A stretch of 24,189 bases of DNA from a virus (taxonomy: Duplodnaviria > Caudoviricetes): the IMG/VR virus record IMGVR_UViG_3300042807_000220, positions 1-24,189 of that record. One strand, written 5' to 3'. The translations under genes were made by a program, and so were the position numbers. The notes beneath the pieces were generated by a model. That model searched no databases. It saw only the letters and a list, made by a program, of their open reading frames with translations, and was not told the origin of the DNA. This document shows positions 7,105-17,276 of the stretch, one piece after another. Positions within the stretch are counted from its first letter, which is position 1. Every line of letters starts with the position of its first letter.

Positions 7105-8600
7105 AGCAACTAGCCAATGAAATTGCGGTCGATCTGGCTCGCGGTCGCTCTGACATCGAGTTCTTTGCTCGCAGGTGGCTTGGCATTGAGGGAAACCCTG
7201 GACAGGTTGCATGGTGGAAGTCCTGCTCCGAGCGTGACGAATCTGGCTACCGACCGAAATACATCACAACCGTCGTATCCGCTGGCAACCGTGCGGGTAA
7301 AACGATGGCAATGGCGGTGGTCTGTTTCCACCACGCCTTGTACAAACTGGGACTTCCAAACCCGAAATATGGTGATCCCAAGTCCCACCTTGAGTGGCTT
7401 GAATCCCCCTATGACTGGTTCCACATTGGTATTCAGCAGGAGACCGCAGAGCTAGTCTTCCGAGAAATTGAGACCATTCTCACTGGCCAGCACCCAGCCC
7501 AAAAGGGTCGTGGTTGCCCAATGGTCAAGGAACTTGGTAGGATTGTAGAGACCACCAAGAAGTATCGCGGTGAGTATCCGTGGATCAAGTTCAACCCTAT
7601 CGTAGGCGGAGCAAGCATCCATTTCCGCACGACACAGGATCGAGCCAAGGCTCTCCTGGGTAAGGACATGAACGGCATCTCGTTTGACGAGGCGGCGTTT
7701 GAGCCTCATTTGCTCATGATCTACCAAGAAGTGCTAAACTTACGGCGTCTCTCCACTGGCGGACCACTCCATTTCATTGGGACGCCGACTGAGGGATTCA
7801 ACGAATACGCGGATCTTTGGGAGAAGGGGAACCCCGACAACCCAGCCCGCGACGAAAAGTTCATCTCGTTCCGATTGTCTACGCGGGACAACATCGGATA
7901 CGGACTGACCCAAGAGAACTTTGATGATGTGGTTCGTCAGCAAGCGGAATACCTTATTCCGCAGAACATTGACGGATTCTTCATTGAGTCGCGAGACGCA
8001 TTCTTCTGGTCTCAGTCCATTCAAGCAGTGTTTAAATCAGGAGTCGAAGAGTCAGGCCCGACACGTCACCATAAGTATGTCCAGGGTGTAGACCCAGGGA
8101 TTTCACATGACGCAACGTGGGCGATTACACTCGACATTACTGACAGAAAGTGCCTTCGCGGTACGCGGATTCGTAAGCGTGGCGGAAAGCAGAGCATCTC
8201 TGCCGTCGTGAATATGGTCCGCGAAGGACACCTCCTCTACCAACAAGACGGTGCGTACTGCACCACCATCGTCGACTCCACAGGACTCGGTGGACGACTA
8301 TTTCAGCAGGAGTTCAGCATCATCAAGCCGCTCCGAGGATTTGACTTCGGTGGCACTAAAGCGAAGAAGGTAGAACTCCTCAATGACTTGAAGGCGGTCC
8401 TAGACAAGGGACAAATCGAACTGCCAACTGGCGGTGCGTGGGATGAGTTGCGAAGACAACTCCTCACCTACAAATTGGACGATAAGAAGCTGGAGCAAGA
8501 TGCGGTGATGGCACTGGCAATCGCTGTGCGACACGCTTTGAGAAACCCAGAGAAGCCCGTGAACGATCCAGTGTTCACATATTTTGGAGTGAGTGACTGA
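7101..8600 (+). CDS. terL: Terminase large subunit
   Basis: Walker A SAGNRAGKT, Walker B ISFDEAA, coupling motif IGTP, nuclease GVDPG, IVDSTGLG and DAVMALAIA. TTG start overlaps the upstream TGA. Confidence 0.93.
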   Translation: MKQLANEIAVDLARGRSDIEFFARRWLGIEGNPGQVAWWKSCSERDESGYRPKYITTVVSAGNRAGKTMAMAVVCFHHALYKLGLPNPKYGDPKSHLEWLESPYDWFHIGIQQETAELVFREIETILTGQHPAQKGRGCPMVKELGRIVETTKKYRGEYPWIKFNPIVGGASIHFRTTQDRAKALLGKDMNGISFDEAAFEPHLLMIYQEVLNLRRLSTGGPLHFIGTPTEGFNEYADLWEKGNPDNPARDEKFISFRLSTRDNIGYGLTQENFDDVVRQQAEYLIPQNIDGFFIESRDAFFWSQSIQAVFKSGVEESGPTRHHKYVQGVDPGISHDATWAITLDITDRKCLRGTRIRKRGGKQSISAVVNMVREGHLLYQQDGAYCTTIVDSTGLGGRLFQQEFSIIKPLRGFDFGGTKAKKVELLNDLKAVLDKGQIELPTGGAWDELRRQLLTYKLDDKKLEQDAVMALAIAVRHALRNPEKPVNDPVFTYFGVSD

Positions 8601-10849
8601 TGGCCGACAAGGTACGAAAGATCCCCGCAGCGTTCGAGGGAACGCGGGCGATTCCAGCGCAGTACACGACTGACCCTGATATCGCCACGCCTGAGCAGAT
8701 TGCCTCTATTAGCTCTGCCACCGAGAAGGCGCGTAAACTAGCCAAGGGTCAGAAGATCGTTGCTTCGGCTGCCAAGGGCAAGCCAATTGCGACTGCTCCA
8801 GTCTTTACCAACATCACGGTCAACAAGCAGGGTTCGGTCAAGGGTCAGCCAAACCGACCTGTTTCTGGTGCTGCTGGAATCGGCATCAACGATCCATCCA
8901 TCTCGGTCCGCAACCGCGCTTCGGCACGCATCAAGCCCAACTTTGAGAAGCTCACCCTTGGCGAACAGGCTTCCGTCAAGATGCTGGAGACGGCTCTCAG
9001 TGGTCAGGGCATTGATCCAAACCAGAACGAAGAGCACCTTCTCCTTCAGGAGATCCTTGGTCGCAAGCAGTTGGTGGAGCCAGAGCAGAACCGACTCCGC
9101 TCACTCTTCCGCCGCATGGACAACCTCTACCATCCAGAGACCATCACCCTTGGTGGTGCCGATCACTGGGCGGATGATCCGAGCGCACGACTCGCTGGTC
9201 GAGCACACGTCTCGGTCAACATTCACCATGCCTATGTGCAGATCCCAGCTTCCATTCAGGCTGTGCGACCAGTCGTCAATTACGTTCCAACTGGGGCAAC
9301 GGCGGAAGACCGAGATGCCGCGCAACTGCGCGAGCGACTCTACTTCCGCTGGTGGGACGCCAATGAGATGGACCTGCTGCACGAGCACGCTGCGCTTCTC
9401 AAGGAACTCTATGGCCACACGGCGGCAAAGGTGTACTGGGATCCAGTTGCCGAACTGCCGAAGATCAGCGTCATTGAGCGACCAGAGAACCTCTACCTTG
9501 GGTTCGGTGATAGCGACTTCAATCGCCTAGACTGGGCGCTCTACTGCTACGGTATGTCACCTCAGTCAGTCCAAGAGGACTACGGCGTTGAGGTCATCCC
9601 TGTCAAGCAGGGCGACAAGTATTTCCCATACACCACCCGTGGCACACACGATGACCCAATCGGCAACGTGTGGTCCAACACCTTTGAGCGCAATCCGCTC
9701 CGCCGAGAGACTGCCTACGAGCAGATGCAGGTTGAGGTCTACGACTACTGGTACAAGGTGCCAACCAAGCCAGGTAAGGCTCCGCTCGTGTACAACGCAA
9801 TCTTTGTCGGCAACTCGCTGGTAAAGAACGACGCGCACCCAGAGTATCAGGGGCAGATCCCCTATGTTCACCTACCAAACGGCAAGATCCCTGGCAGCCC
9901 ATACGGTAAGCCAGCACTCTACGATGCCGAGCAACTGCTCCGCGAAAAGGACGAGCGAGTCACCGCCATGGCGCAGATGATTCAGTCCATTGTCGGTGGT
10001 CAGATGTGGCAGCTGGTCGGACCAGAGGCTCCTGATGAGGTGCCGCCGAACGCGCTACCAAAGCCAGGTCGCGTTGCAACCCCTGGCCCTGGCAACGAAC
10101 TTCGTGCCATTCAGCCGTTCATCCCATCGTTCCAGATTGAGCAGTACATCGGTCGTATCGACCGAGAGCTTGCTGTGGCAACGGGCTTAAACGACCTGCT
10201 CCTTGGTCTCGCTCCAGCGCAGGTACTTGGTTCCTCACGAGCCATCGCCGCGCTCATCGCCAACTACGAAGCACGCCTTGCCCCTAAGCGCAAGGTGTTC
10301 TACCAGTGGATGCGACAGGTATGGGAGATGTGCGCCCGAATCTGGGAGATCAAGAATCCAGCCGTTGCCGAGATCATTGGCGGTCAGTACCGCATTGACA
10401 TCGTTGCGCCAGAACTGACGCCGCGAGACACGCTGGAACTTGCCAGCACTGCGATTAACCTTGTCCAGAACCGACTGTGGAGCGCCGAGCGTGCCATGGA
10501 TCGAGTGGGCGTGGAAGATCCGATTGGCGAGAAGGACCTCATCCGTGATGAGCAGACTGACGCAACGCTGAACCCTGCATCCGTCGCAACGATGGCTCAG
10601 GTAATGCAGCAGATGCAGCAGATGCAAATGCAAGGACAGGCCCAGCTCCAGGAGCAAGCCATGCTGACGCAGCAACAGGCTGAAAATGCCCAACGCACGA
10701 TGCAGCAGGGCGTTCCTGGGAGCCAGTCCCTAAACCAACCAGAGAACCAGGCGCAGTTGCCGCCTGAAGCTATGCCAGAAAACGCCGCAGCGCCAGGGGA
10801 AGAAAACCTTCTCCCAGCGCCGACTGGCACCAATGAGGTACTTGCATAA
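8600..10849 (+). CDS. Portal protein (head-tail connector) with N- and C-terminal extensions
   Basis: Follows TerL (TGATG). LYGHTAAKVYWD, IPYVHLPN...SPYGKPAL, helical core and Gln/Met-rich C-terminal tail are typical of P22/SPP1-like portals. Confidence 0.85.
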   Translation: MADKVRKIPAAFEGTRAIPAQYTTDPDIATPEQIASISSATEKARKLAKGQKIVASAAKGKPIATAPVFTNITVNKQGSVKGQPNRPVSGAAGIGINDPSISVRNRASARIKPNFEKLTLGEQASVKMLETALSGQGIDPNQNEEHLLLQEILGRKQLVEPEQNRLRSLFRRMDNLYHPETITLGGADHWADDPSARLAGRAHVSVNIHHAYVQIPASIQAVRPVVNYVPTGATAEDRDAAQLRERLYFRWWDANEMDLLHEHAALLKELYGHTAAKVYWDPVAELPKISVIERPENLYLGFGDSDFNRLDWALYCYGMSPQSVQEDYGVEVIPVKQGDKYFPYTTRGTHDDPIGNVWSNTFERNPLRRETAYEQMQVEVYDYWYKVPTKPGKAPLVYNAIFVGNSLVKNDAHPEYQGQIPYVHLPNGKIPGSPYGKPALYDAEQLLREKDERVTAMAQMIQSIVGGQMWQLVGPEAPDEVPPNALPKPGRVATPGPGNELRAIQPFIPSFQIEQYIGRIDRELAVATGLNDLLLGLAPAQVLGSSRAIAALIANYEARLAPKRKVFYQWMRQVWEMCARIWEIKNPAVAEIIGGQYRIDIVAPELTPRDTLELASTAINLVQNRLWSAERAMDRVGVEDPIGEKDLIRDEQTDATLNPASVATMAQVMQQMQQMQMQGQAQLQEQAMLTQQQAENAQRTMQQGVPGSQSLNQPENQAQLPPEAMPENAAAPGEENLLPAPTGTNEVLA

Positions 10850-13407
10850 TGGCACGACGAGGACGATTCACAAACCCGAATTCGGGCGGACAGAACCTTA
10901 CCGCGTTGATTACCAGCCTTCTGCGCGAGCGAAACGCCAATGAAGAGCAGGCCTTGCTGAACGCCTACCGAACTGGAACCGCCTACAATGGCTCCGTTCC
11001 TACGGCAGACGATATCCAAGCGTTCTACGACCAGTGGGCATCGAATGCTGGGTACACTCCTGGAACCCTGGAGTACCAGGCTATTTTCCAGAAGAAGGCA
11101 GACCTTAATAACTACGATGTGAAGAAGCAGTTTAATGAACTGATTTCTACATTTAATACAACGGATGGTTCTAACTACCAGGATATCATCAACTTCCTTG
11201 GGAATGAGGCACAGACATCGACTGACCCAAATGACTTGGCGGATTACGCAAATGCTATTGAGACAACGACAAATGCTTACCTAAAGTATCAGGGTCAGCG
11301 CCTTGTCCGTGGCGAACTCACCGCCGCTGAATACCAGAGGATCACCCTTGAGTCAATCAAGGTGCTTGACCCAGATAGCACCGCCTACAAGAACGCAATC
11401 TATGATGCCTTCCAGTACGAGTGGAACGCAGAGGCAACCAAGTGGCAGAACCGAATTAAGGCTGGCACTGCAACCAACGCGCAATTCCGCTCGTGGGCTA
11501 ATGGATTTAAGAATCGACTAGTTCAGTCCAACATCTCAAAGGACAGCGATCTCTACACTTCTATTGGAGCAAGCATCGCTCAGGCAAGTATTGCCGTTGG
11601 GGATAGCCCAATCAATGCTCGACTTAATACCACATTGGCAGATCTCAACGACGTCTTTGGTCTGGCACAGGCACAGATCGGCGGCGTTGATATTGGCATT
11701 GGCGACATTATGAGCGATCCAAAGGATGTGCTCAAGAAGTTGCGCGACAACCCAGAGCTTATGGGTCTTTATGCGGAGTGGATTGACGACAATCCAAATG
11801 CTCTTGGCCCAACACTTGCTCGGCTCAAGATCACTGACGGAGCAAGTTTCCGACGATGGTTTGATGACGCCCTAAAGAGCGGCATCACTGACGCACAGAC
11901 CATTACTGCCGCTGGTGGTAGCGCCAACTGGGATGATTGGGTTGGCGCAGCCACAACGAACGGTTCGCTTACGACCTTTGACGAGTATGCTGTAGTCTCA
12001 AGCAAGCACCTCCGTGACACATCAAATGCAAGGGGCGATGATCAGCTTATTGCCTTCTATGACAATGAGTACCGAAAGTTCCTCTCTGGAGAGAAGTCAT
12101 ACTATGGCAAGGCCCCAGCATTCCAGATGTACGAGCAGCAAGCAACCGTTATTCAGAACGAATTGAATGCAATGAATGGGCAGCACACACAGGGAGCGCT
12201 AACCCTAAGCGGCGCCCTCAGTGGAGAGGAACTCCCTTGGGAGAATATCAATACCACTGTCGAAAACAATCTTGCGCTATCCACTGGTCAGGCTGTAAGG
12301 GTATGGAATAAGGATACTGGAGTATTTACCACCGAGCCACCAAGGGCAAAGGGCCTTAACTACAAGAATGGCTCATACCAGTATGTAAGCTACACGGTTC
12401 TACCAGATGGAACCACTATCGCATCTGTTATTTCTATTACTGGCAAGAAGATTGTTGATGGTAACAACAACCCCAACGGGTTTGTTTACGAACTGCCAAA
12501 CGGTAGGACATACGCCACTGATATCCAAGGCACGGTTTACGAAGTCACCTCTGCCGTCCCAGTTGCTTCCGAAGGGTATTCTGTTGACGACTTTAGCACT
12601 ATCGGCGTAAAGCGAGATAAGATTCCCCTTATTGACCTATCTGGTCTAAAAGACAATCGATCACTCAGCAGCATCAATCCAGTCGTCATCCAAGACGGTG
12701 TTATTGCAACAGACCTACGGGCTGCTGCTGAGCTTGCCGCTGGATTAGTTGATGCTCTTGACCAGGAATCTGCTTCTGCTCTTGAGTCAGAGATTGGCAC
12801 GCTTACTACCAGAGCAAATAACCTAGACGCAACGTATCTATATGCAACTCCAACTACGGAAAACTTTATTAAGGCGGCAGAACTCCTTGGGAATCCCTTG
12901 GCTGCCACTATTAAGGCAAATCCAAACCTATACAAAGAAGTTCAGCCAGGTGTATTTGTTAAGAAATCAACAATTGGAACTGGCGACTTCTTCCTAGACA
13001 TTGGTCTCAGGTTGGCAGAAGCGGGAACTCCATATGGAAACAATGCTAACTATCCAGAAAGAATCGACCTGAGAAGCCCAGAGGCGATTGCCGCAGAAAG
13101 CAGGCCAGGGCAGACTGCAATGGCTCAGGAACTTGCGACTAACCTTAACCCAGTTGCTGACGGAAATAATCTTCTGTCTAGCTTCTTCGGCAATTTGATC
13201 TTTAAGGATAAGACGCCAAAGTATTCAAATACTTTTGCCCCAATCCTTCCAGCATCAGCAACTACCTCATCGGTAGTTGTTCCGCCGACCACTCCAGTGT
13301 ATAAGCCAGATATCATCGGGCCTACTGCTCCAGCCGCGCCAGTAGCTCCTCCTCCACCACCACCAGTGCTGCCACCTTCTCGCGGTGGCGGTAGGGTTGC
13401 ATTGTAA
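10849..13407 (+). CDS. Large hypothetical virion protein (852 aa), probable internal/ejection protein
   Basis: Long ORF coupled by TAATG at both ends; helical N-half, beta-rich middle and Pro-rich C-terminus. The ORF is secure; the function is inferred from position and composition. Confidence 0.6.
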   Translation: MARRGRFTNPNSGGQNLTALITSLLRERNANEEQALLNAYRTGTAYNGSVPTADDIQAFYDQWASNAGYTPGTLEYQAIFQKKADLNNYDVKKQFNELISTFNTTDGSNYQDIINFLGNEAQTSTDPNDLADYANAIETTTNAYLKYQGQRLVRGELTAAEYQRITLESIKVLDPDSTAYKNAIYDAFQYEWNAEATKWQNRIKAGTATNAQFRSWANGFKNRLVQSNISKDSDLYTSIGASIAQASIAVGDSPINARLNTTLADLNDVFGLAQAQIGGVDIGIGDIMSDPKDVLKKLRDNPELMGLYAEWIDDNPNALGPTLARLKITDGASFRRWFDDALKSGITDAQTITAAGGSANWDDWVGAATTNGSLTTFDEYAVVSSKHLRDTSNARGDDQLIAFYDNEYRKFLSGEKSYYGKAPAFQMYEQQATVIQNELNAMNGQHTQGALTLSGALSGEELPWENINTTVENNLALSTGQAVRVWNKDTGVFTTEPPRAKGLNYKNGSYQYVSYTVLPDGTTIASVISITGKKIVDGNNNPNGFVYELPNGRTYATDIQGTVYEVTSAVPVASEGYSVDDFSTIGVKRDKIPLIDLSGLKDNRSLSSINPVVIQDGVIATDLRAAAELAAGLVDALDQESASALESEIGTLTTRANNLDATYLYATPTTENFIKAAELLGNPLAATIKANPNLYKEVQPGVFVKKSTIGTGDFFLDIGLRLAEAGTPYGNNANYPERIDLRSPEAIAAESRPGQTAMAQELATNLNPVADGNNLLSSFFGNLIFKDKTPKYSNTFAPILPASATTSSVVVPPTTPVYKPDIIGPTAPAAPVAPPPPPPVLPPSRGGGRVAL

Positions 13408-16400
13408 TGCCAAGTCTATTTGACAAACCAACCCCAAGGTCTGGGTCAACTCGTGTTGCTTCCATTTCCCCAACTGGAGGCTCTGCGAAAAATGTGCAGT
13501 CTGCTGGTCGAATTCAAGTAAGCATTGCAGATCCGTCAACCTCCATTCAGAATTCCGTTGGCGACATCAACGCTGGATTCATTGGGGTTGGCAAGGGTTT
13601 GGTTTCCGTAGCCGAGAACATTCCAGTTGTTGGCGCACTGACGAAGCCGCTCATTGGCTTTGTTGGATCCATTGCAGATGCTACGATTGGCCAGGGTGTC
13701 AGTGCCTTGGAGAAAGTTCGCATTGGTAATTCTAATCTAGCCCAGGCTACCGTTAGCGCCTTGGAAGTTGCTGGAACCCCGCTGAAGTGGGGTCTTGATG
13801 CCCTCTCTGCTCCTGGTCAATTCGTTGAAAGCGAAGTTGCCAAACTAAGAATCCAGGAACAAATTTCTGGCAGGCAGGGAGCAACTGCGCTATTTGGACA
13901 AGTTCCGCCAAGTGTTATGGCCATGATCTCAAATGGTTCAACTGTGGAGGAGGCTGCCGAATACCTTGCCACCACCAACGCTGGATTTAGCGAGAATGGT
14001 CTTGCAAACCTAGGATGGTCGCTGCTCCTTGATCCAGTAAATGTGATTGCCCCTGGCATTGGTAAAATTGCTTCTGTTGGAAAGAAGGCGTCGGTATTTA
14101 ACCGCGTTGCAGAGCGAGCCGCCCTAGAGGGTGTTGAGGCTGGCGCAGAGACCGTTGCATTCCTAAAGAAGTGGGGATGGGCTGGAAAAATTTACGACGC
14201 TACTATTGCGCCACTTTCCAAAGCAACCCAAAGGTTTGCGTCCACTCCAGCCAAAGAAGCTGCCGCAGCCATTGGTCGAGTCCATGACCTAAAGACAGTT
14301 GATGGAATGCTTGATGACATTGTTGAAACTGCTGGTGTTGAGATTGCCGAACGTGGCCTGAAGAACTATGCGGTAACCGCAATGAACGCGATCAAGTCTG
14401 GATCGGTTCGTGCCGTTACCGCAATTCGTCGATCTGGATCGGAAGATCTTGCCAACACAATTGTTCAGCATTTCTGGGATGGACTTAGCAAGGGCAAGAA
14501 CGTTGATGAGCTTCTGGCCCAAAGCGTCTTTGGCGACGGAGACATGACGACGCTCCTTAATAAGATTGGACTTGAAGACGCAGACATTGCCACCCTTACG
14601 GCAAAGGTACAAGAAAAGATTGGCATCAAGCGTCTAGACGAGTTGGTGAAAGATAACGAAATCCGTGGCCTGATTGATTCCATTGCCAGCAGGCACGCAA
14701 ACTGGACTGTCGCCAACAGGGGCGCATCCATGAAGATGGTTGCTGAAGTTCGGTCAAAGGCTGATGCCCGCCTTGCTTCAGAAGAGATGACCCGCGTTCT
14801 CTTTGAGGCAAAGAACGATGTTGTTGCACTGGCTAACGATCCAGTCCTTGGCGTTCAAGAGTTGACCAAGTATCTAGTCAACGGATTCGGACTTAGCCAA
14901 GATCAGGCTCTTGCCGTAGCCCAGCGTCAGTTTGCCAAAAACGCAGGAGACGTTCGTAAGTTGACCGACTTGCTATCGGTTGCTCGTGGTGCAAACTTCG
15001 GTCAGGCGGCTCGCAAGTTGGCTGCCGTTCGCAGCCTTTTCCCAAAGGGCGACCCATTTGCCAAGTTGACGATTACTTCGCAGCGCAGCCTTACCAGGGC
15101 GCAGGCCGAGGAAGCGATCAAGCGCGTTGATGGATTGAAGGCGCAACTGAAGCAAGCAATTGACGAAGGGGATACTGCTACTCAGCAGGCGGTAAAGGCT
15201 GAACTCAAAGCAGAGTCTGACCGATTGGTTCAGGGGTACGACGAGTTTTCCGCTCAGTTTGGAACCAATGGTTTGCATACCTACGATGAGGTATTTGAGT
15301 TCCTGAAAAAAGCTCCAAACATCACCGTTCGAGAACTAAGTCAATCGGAGCGAGCCAGAATTCTTGCTGAGTCAGTTAGCGATGATGCTGTTCGACAAGT
15401 TGCAGCACTGGAACAGGAACTTGTTGCTATGGGGTACCGCCTTGGCGTTGCCCCAGATGACAACATCTCTCGCGTTACCACTCTTGCCACCGATCACTTT
15501 GGCAACGAGAAGTTGATTGAAATGACGATGCCATTCGCAGACACCATTGACCATGTTGCGATTGATGCCCTGGACAATGCTGGGGCTGCGCTCAGACCAA
15601 GCCGACTTGCTCGCGTATTTGACAAGGTATCTCGACCGTTCGGCGCAGAGGTCACCAAGAACGTTGTGGTTGAGCGTTTCGTTACGCGCATGGTTGGGCA
15701 GTACGGCATTTCTACCAACAAGGCTCGCCGCATCTTGGCTGAGGTGAACAACCTTGCCGCTCGTAAGGGCGTTCAGCCAAAGGCACTGCTTGCCGATAGC
15801 AATGAGCTAGAGCGCATCTTCCGACAGGAAATGGGCGACGCGTATGGTAGTATTCTGGACAATGGCAGCACGGCCTTCAAGGAAGTGCTAGAGGCTGCTG
15901 CTGGTGACCTTGCTTCCGCTGGTCTGACCAGCGGATTCACTGGTCGAGTGAAGGCGGTATTCCCAGCCATCACCCTTCTGACCGACAAGATCTACCCAGA
16001 GGTTCGCTTCGGTTCGCTCAACCCATTCTTCAACTTGGTTCTTGAGCGCATTGAGACGGCGACGCAGAAACTTACCTACGGAATCCGACGTGAAGCAGCA
16101 GATGAGTTGGCCCAGGAGATCACTGGCACGACACTTCGTCGGGCGTATCTTGACCCGCGAAACGTCAACCGCGAAATTGCCGACGGCCAATTGTATATGG
16201 CGTCTAAGGCTAATCGGAATACTGCTGCTGCCGTTGAGACAGCAACGAACTTCAAGGGTCGAGTTCAAAGCCGAATTAAGAAATGGCTTTCTATTCAGGG
16301 TGTACGAACAGAGAAGGAAATTGCACGAGATATCATGTCGGATAAGTTCGCTGCCGACGAGTTCGTTGACCTTCTAGATCGGGCAGCGCCTGGTAAGCTG

Positions 16401-17222
16401 GAAGAACTGGCGATCCATTACGGCGTAAGCGATACCAATGATGTGATGCGATTGCTACTTGAAGAGTACATGATTCATTCTGATCCAATTCGATTGGCGG
16501 AGTATGTTGCCGAGACTGGAGCAACGGTTCGCGGTCTTGTTTCCAAGGAACTCGTTGCAAAGATGGGCGCGGAAGAAGCGCAGGCTCTTGCCGATGCTGT
16601 TGTCGGTGCCTATGAAGTGGCGATCCTCAAGGGAAGCCGCAAGGCGGATAAGGCTCAATACTTTGCCAGCCAACGTACCTGGCTTGAGCGCAGCCTCAAT
16701 CACCCGTACCTAGGAATCTACCCATATTCTTACATGACGCAGAAAGCCATCCCAATGATGATGCGCCTCATGTTCCTGACACCAGGTCCAGGAGGAATCG
16801 TTATGCCAGGACTTGGTTACGTTAAATATCAGAGATTCCTAGAGTACGCAAACAACCGAGCCAACAGCGATGAAACGCTTCTGGATCAGTTGCTTCAGAA
16901 TGACGCAATCCTCTACGTCTTCTCGACGCTGCTTCCTGCGACACCAGACAACATGGGCTTCTCTGCTCCTGCCTGGCTGCGTCGTGGGTTCATCCAGCCA
17001 GCCCTTCGCGGTCAGGCACTTACCCCTGGTCAGTTGGCACCGACACTCACTGAGGCGGTTTCACAGCTTGGTCGCGGTACGGTTCTTGGTCAAAGTCGAA
17101 CAATCATTGAGGGCCTTCAGGCTGCTGATGATACCGCTAATACCAATAAGACTATTGGAGACTTTATCCAATCAAGCGCAGAGAGTATTCAGGACACCGT
17201 TCTGAGCCTGCGCGGTAATTAA
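13407..17222 (+). CDS. Large Ala-rich helical virion protein (1271 aa), probable DNA ejection/internal virion protein
   Basis: Gly/Ala-rich amphipathic N-terminus with LLDPVNVIAPG motif, long helical body and aromatic/Pro-rich C-terminus, resembling podovirus ejection proteins. The ORF is secure; the function is inferred. Confidence 0.6.
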   Translation: MPSLFDKPTPRSGSTRVASISPTGGSAKNVQSAGRIQVSIADPSTSIQNSVGDINAGFIGVGKGLVSVAENIPVVGALTKPLIGFVGSIADATIGQGVSALEKVRIGNSNLAQATVSALEVAGTPLKWGLDALSAPGQFVESEVAKLRIQEQISGRQGATALFGQVPPSVMAMISNGSTVEEAAEYLATTNAGFSENGLANLGWSLLLDPVNVIAPGIGKIASVGKKASVFNRVAERAALEGVEAGAETVAFLKKWGWAGKIYDATIAPLSKATQRFASTPAKEAAAAIGRVHDLKTVDGMLDDIVETAGVEIAERGLKNYAVTAMNAIKSGSVRAVTAIRRSGSEDLANTIVQHFWDGLSKGKNVDELLAQSVFGDGDMTTLLNKIGLEDADIATLTAKVQEKIGIKRLDELVKDNEIRGLIDSIASRHANWTVANRGASMKMVAEVRSKADARLASEEMTRVLFEAKNDVVALANDPVLGVQELTKYLVNGFGLSQDQALAVAQRQFAKNAGDVRKLTDLLSVARGANFGQAARKLAAVRSLFPKGDPFAKLTITSQRSLTRAQAEEAIKRVDGLKAQLKQAIDEGDTATQQAVKAELKAESDRLVQGYDEFSAQFGTNGLHTYDEVFEFLKKAPNITVRELSQSERARILAESVSDDAVRQVAALEQELVAMGYRLGVAPDDNISRVTTLATDHFGNEKLIEMTMPFADTIDHVAIDALDNAGAALRPSRLARVFDKVSRPFGAEVTKNVVVERFVTRMVGQYGISTNKARRILAEVNNLAARKGVQPKALLADSNELERIFRQEMGDAYGSILDNGSTAFKEVLEAAAGDLASAGLTSGFTGRVKAVFPAITLLTDKIYPEVRFGSLNPFFNLVLERIETATQKLTYGIRREAADELAQEITGTTLRRAYLDPRNVNREIADGQLYMASKANRNTAAAVETATNFKGRVQSRIKKWLSIQGVRTEKEIARDIMSDKFAADEFVDLLDRAAPGKLEELAIHYGVSDTNDVMRLLLEEYMIHSDPIRLAEYVAETGATVRGLVSKELVAKMGAEEAQALADAVVGAYEVAILKGSRKADKAQYFASQRTWLERSLNHPYLGIYPYSYMTQKAIPMMMRLMFLTPGPGGIVMPGLGYVKYQRFLEYANNRANSDETLLDQLLQNDAILYVFSTLLPATPDNMGFSAPAWLRRGFIQPALRGQALTPGQLAPTLTEAVSQLGRGTVLGQSRTIIEGLQAADDTANTNKTIGDFIQSSAESIQDTVLSLRGN

Positions 17223-17228
17223 GAAAGT

Positions 17229-17256
17229 AACCCCTAGCACTGTGCTGGGGTGGGTT
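17229..17256 (+). promoter_or_regulatory. Intergenic hairpin upstream of the scaffold gene
   Basis: CCCTAGCA/TGCTGGGG stem with one G-U pair (17232-17250); flanking AACCC/GGGTT offers alternative pairing. No U tract. Confidence 0.4.
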
Positions 17257-17276
17257 GTAAAGAAGGAGAAAATGCT

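Noticed and set aside
8760-9530. 256-aa alternative-frame ORF inside the portal (similarly 19164-19886 inside the GT)
   Set aside because: Ser/Arg/Thr-rich shadow frames expected from codon bias; no RBS or motifs.
13407-17222. Tape measure protein call
   Set aside because: It lies in the head module, has no upstream tube or chaperone genes and shows no evident TMP periodicity. Not fully excluded.
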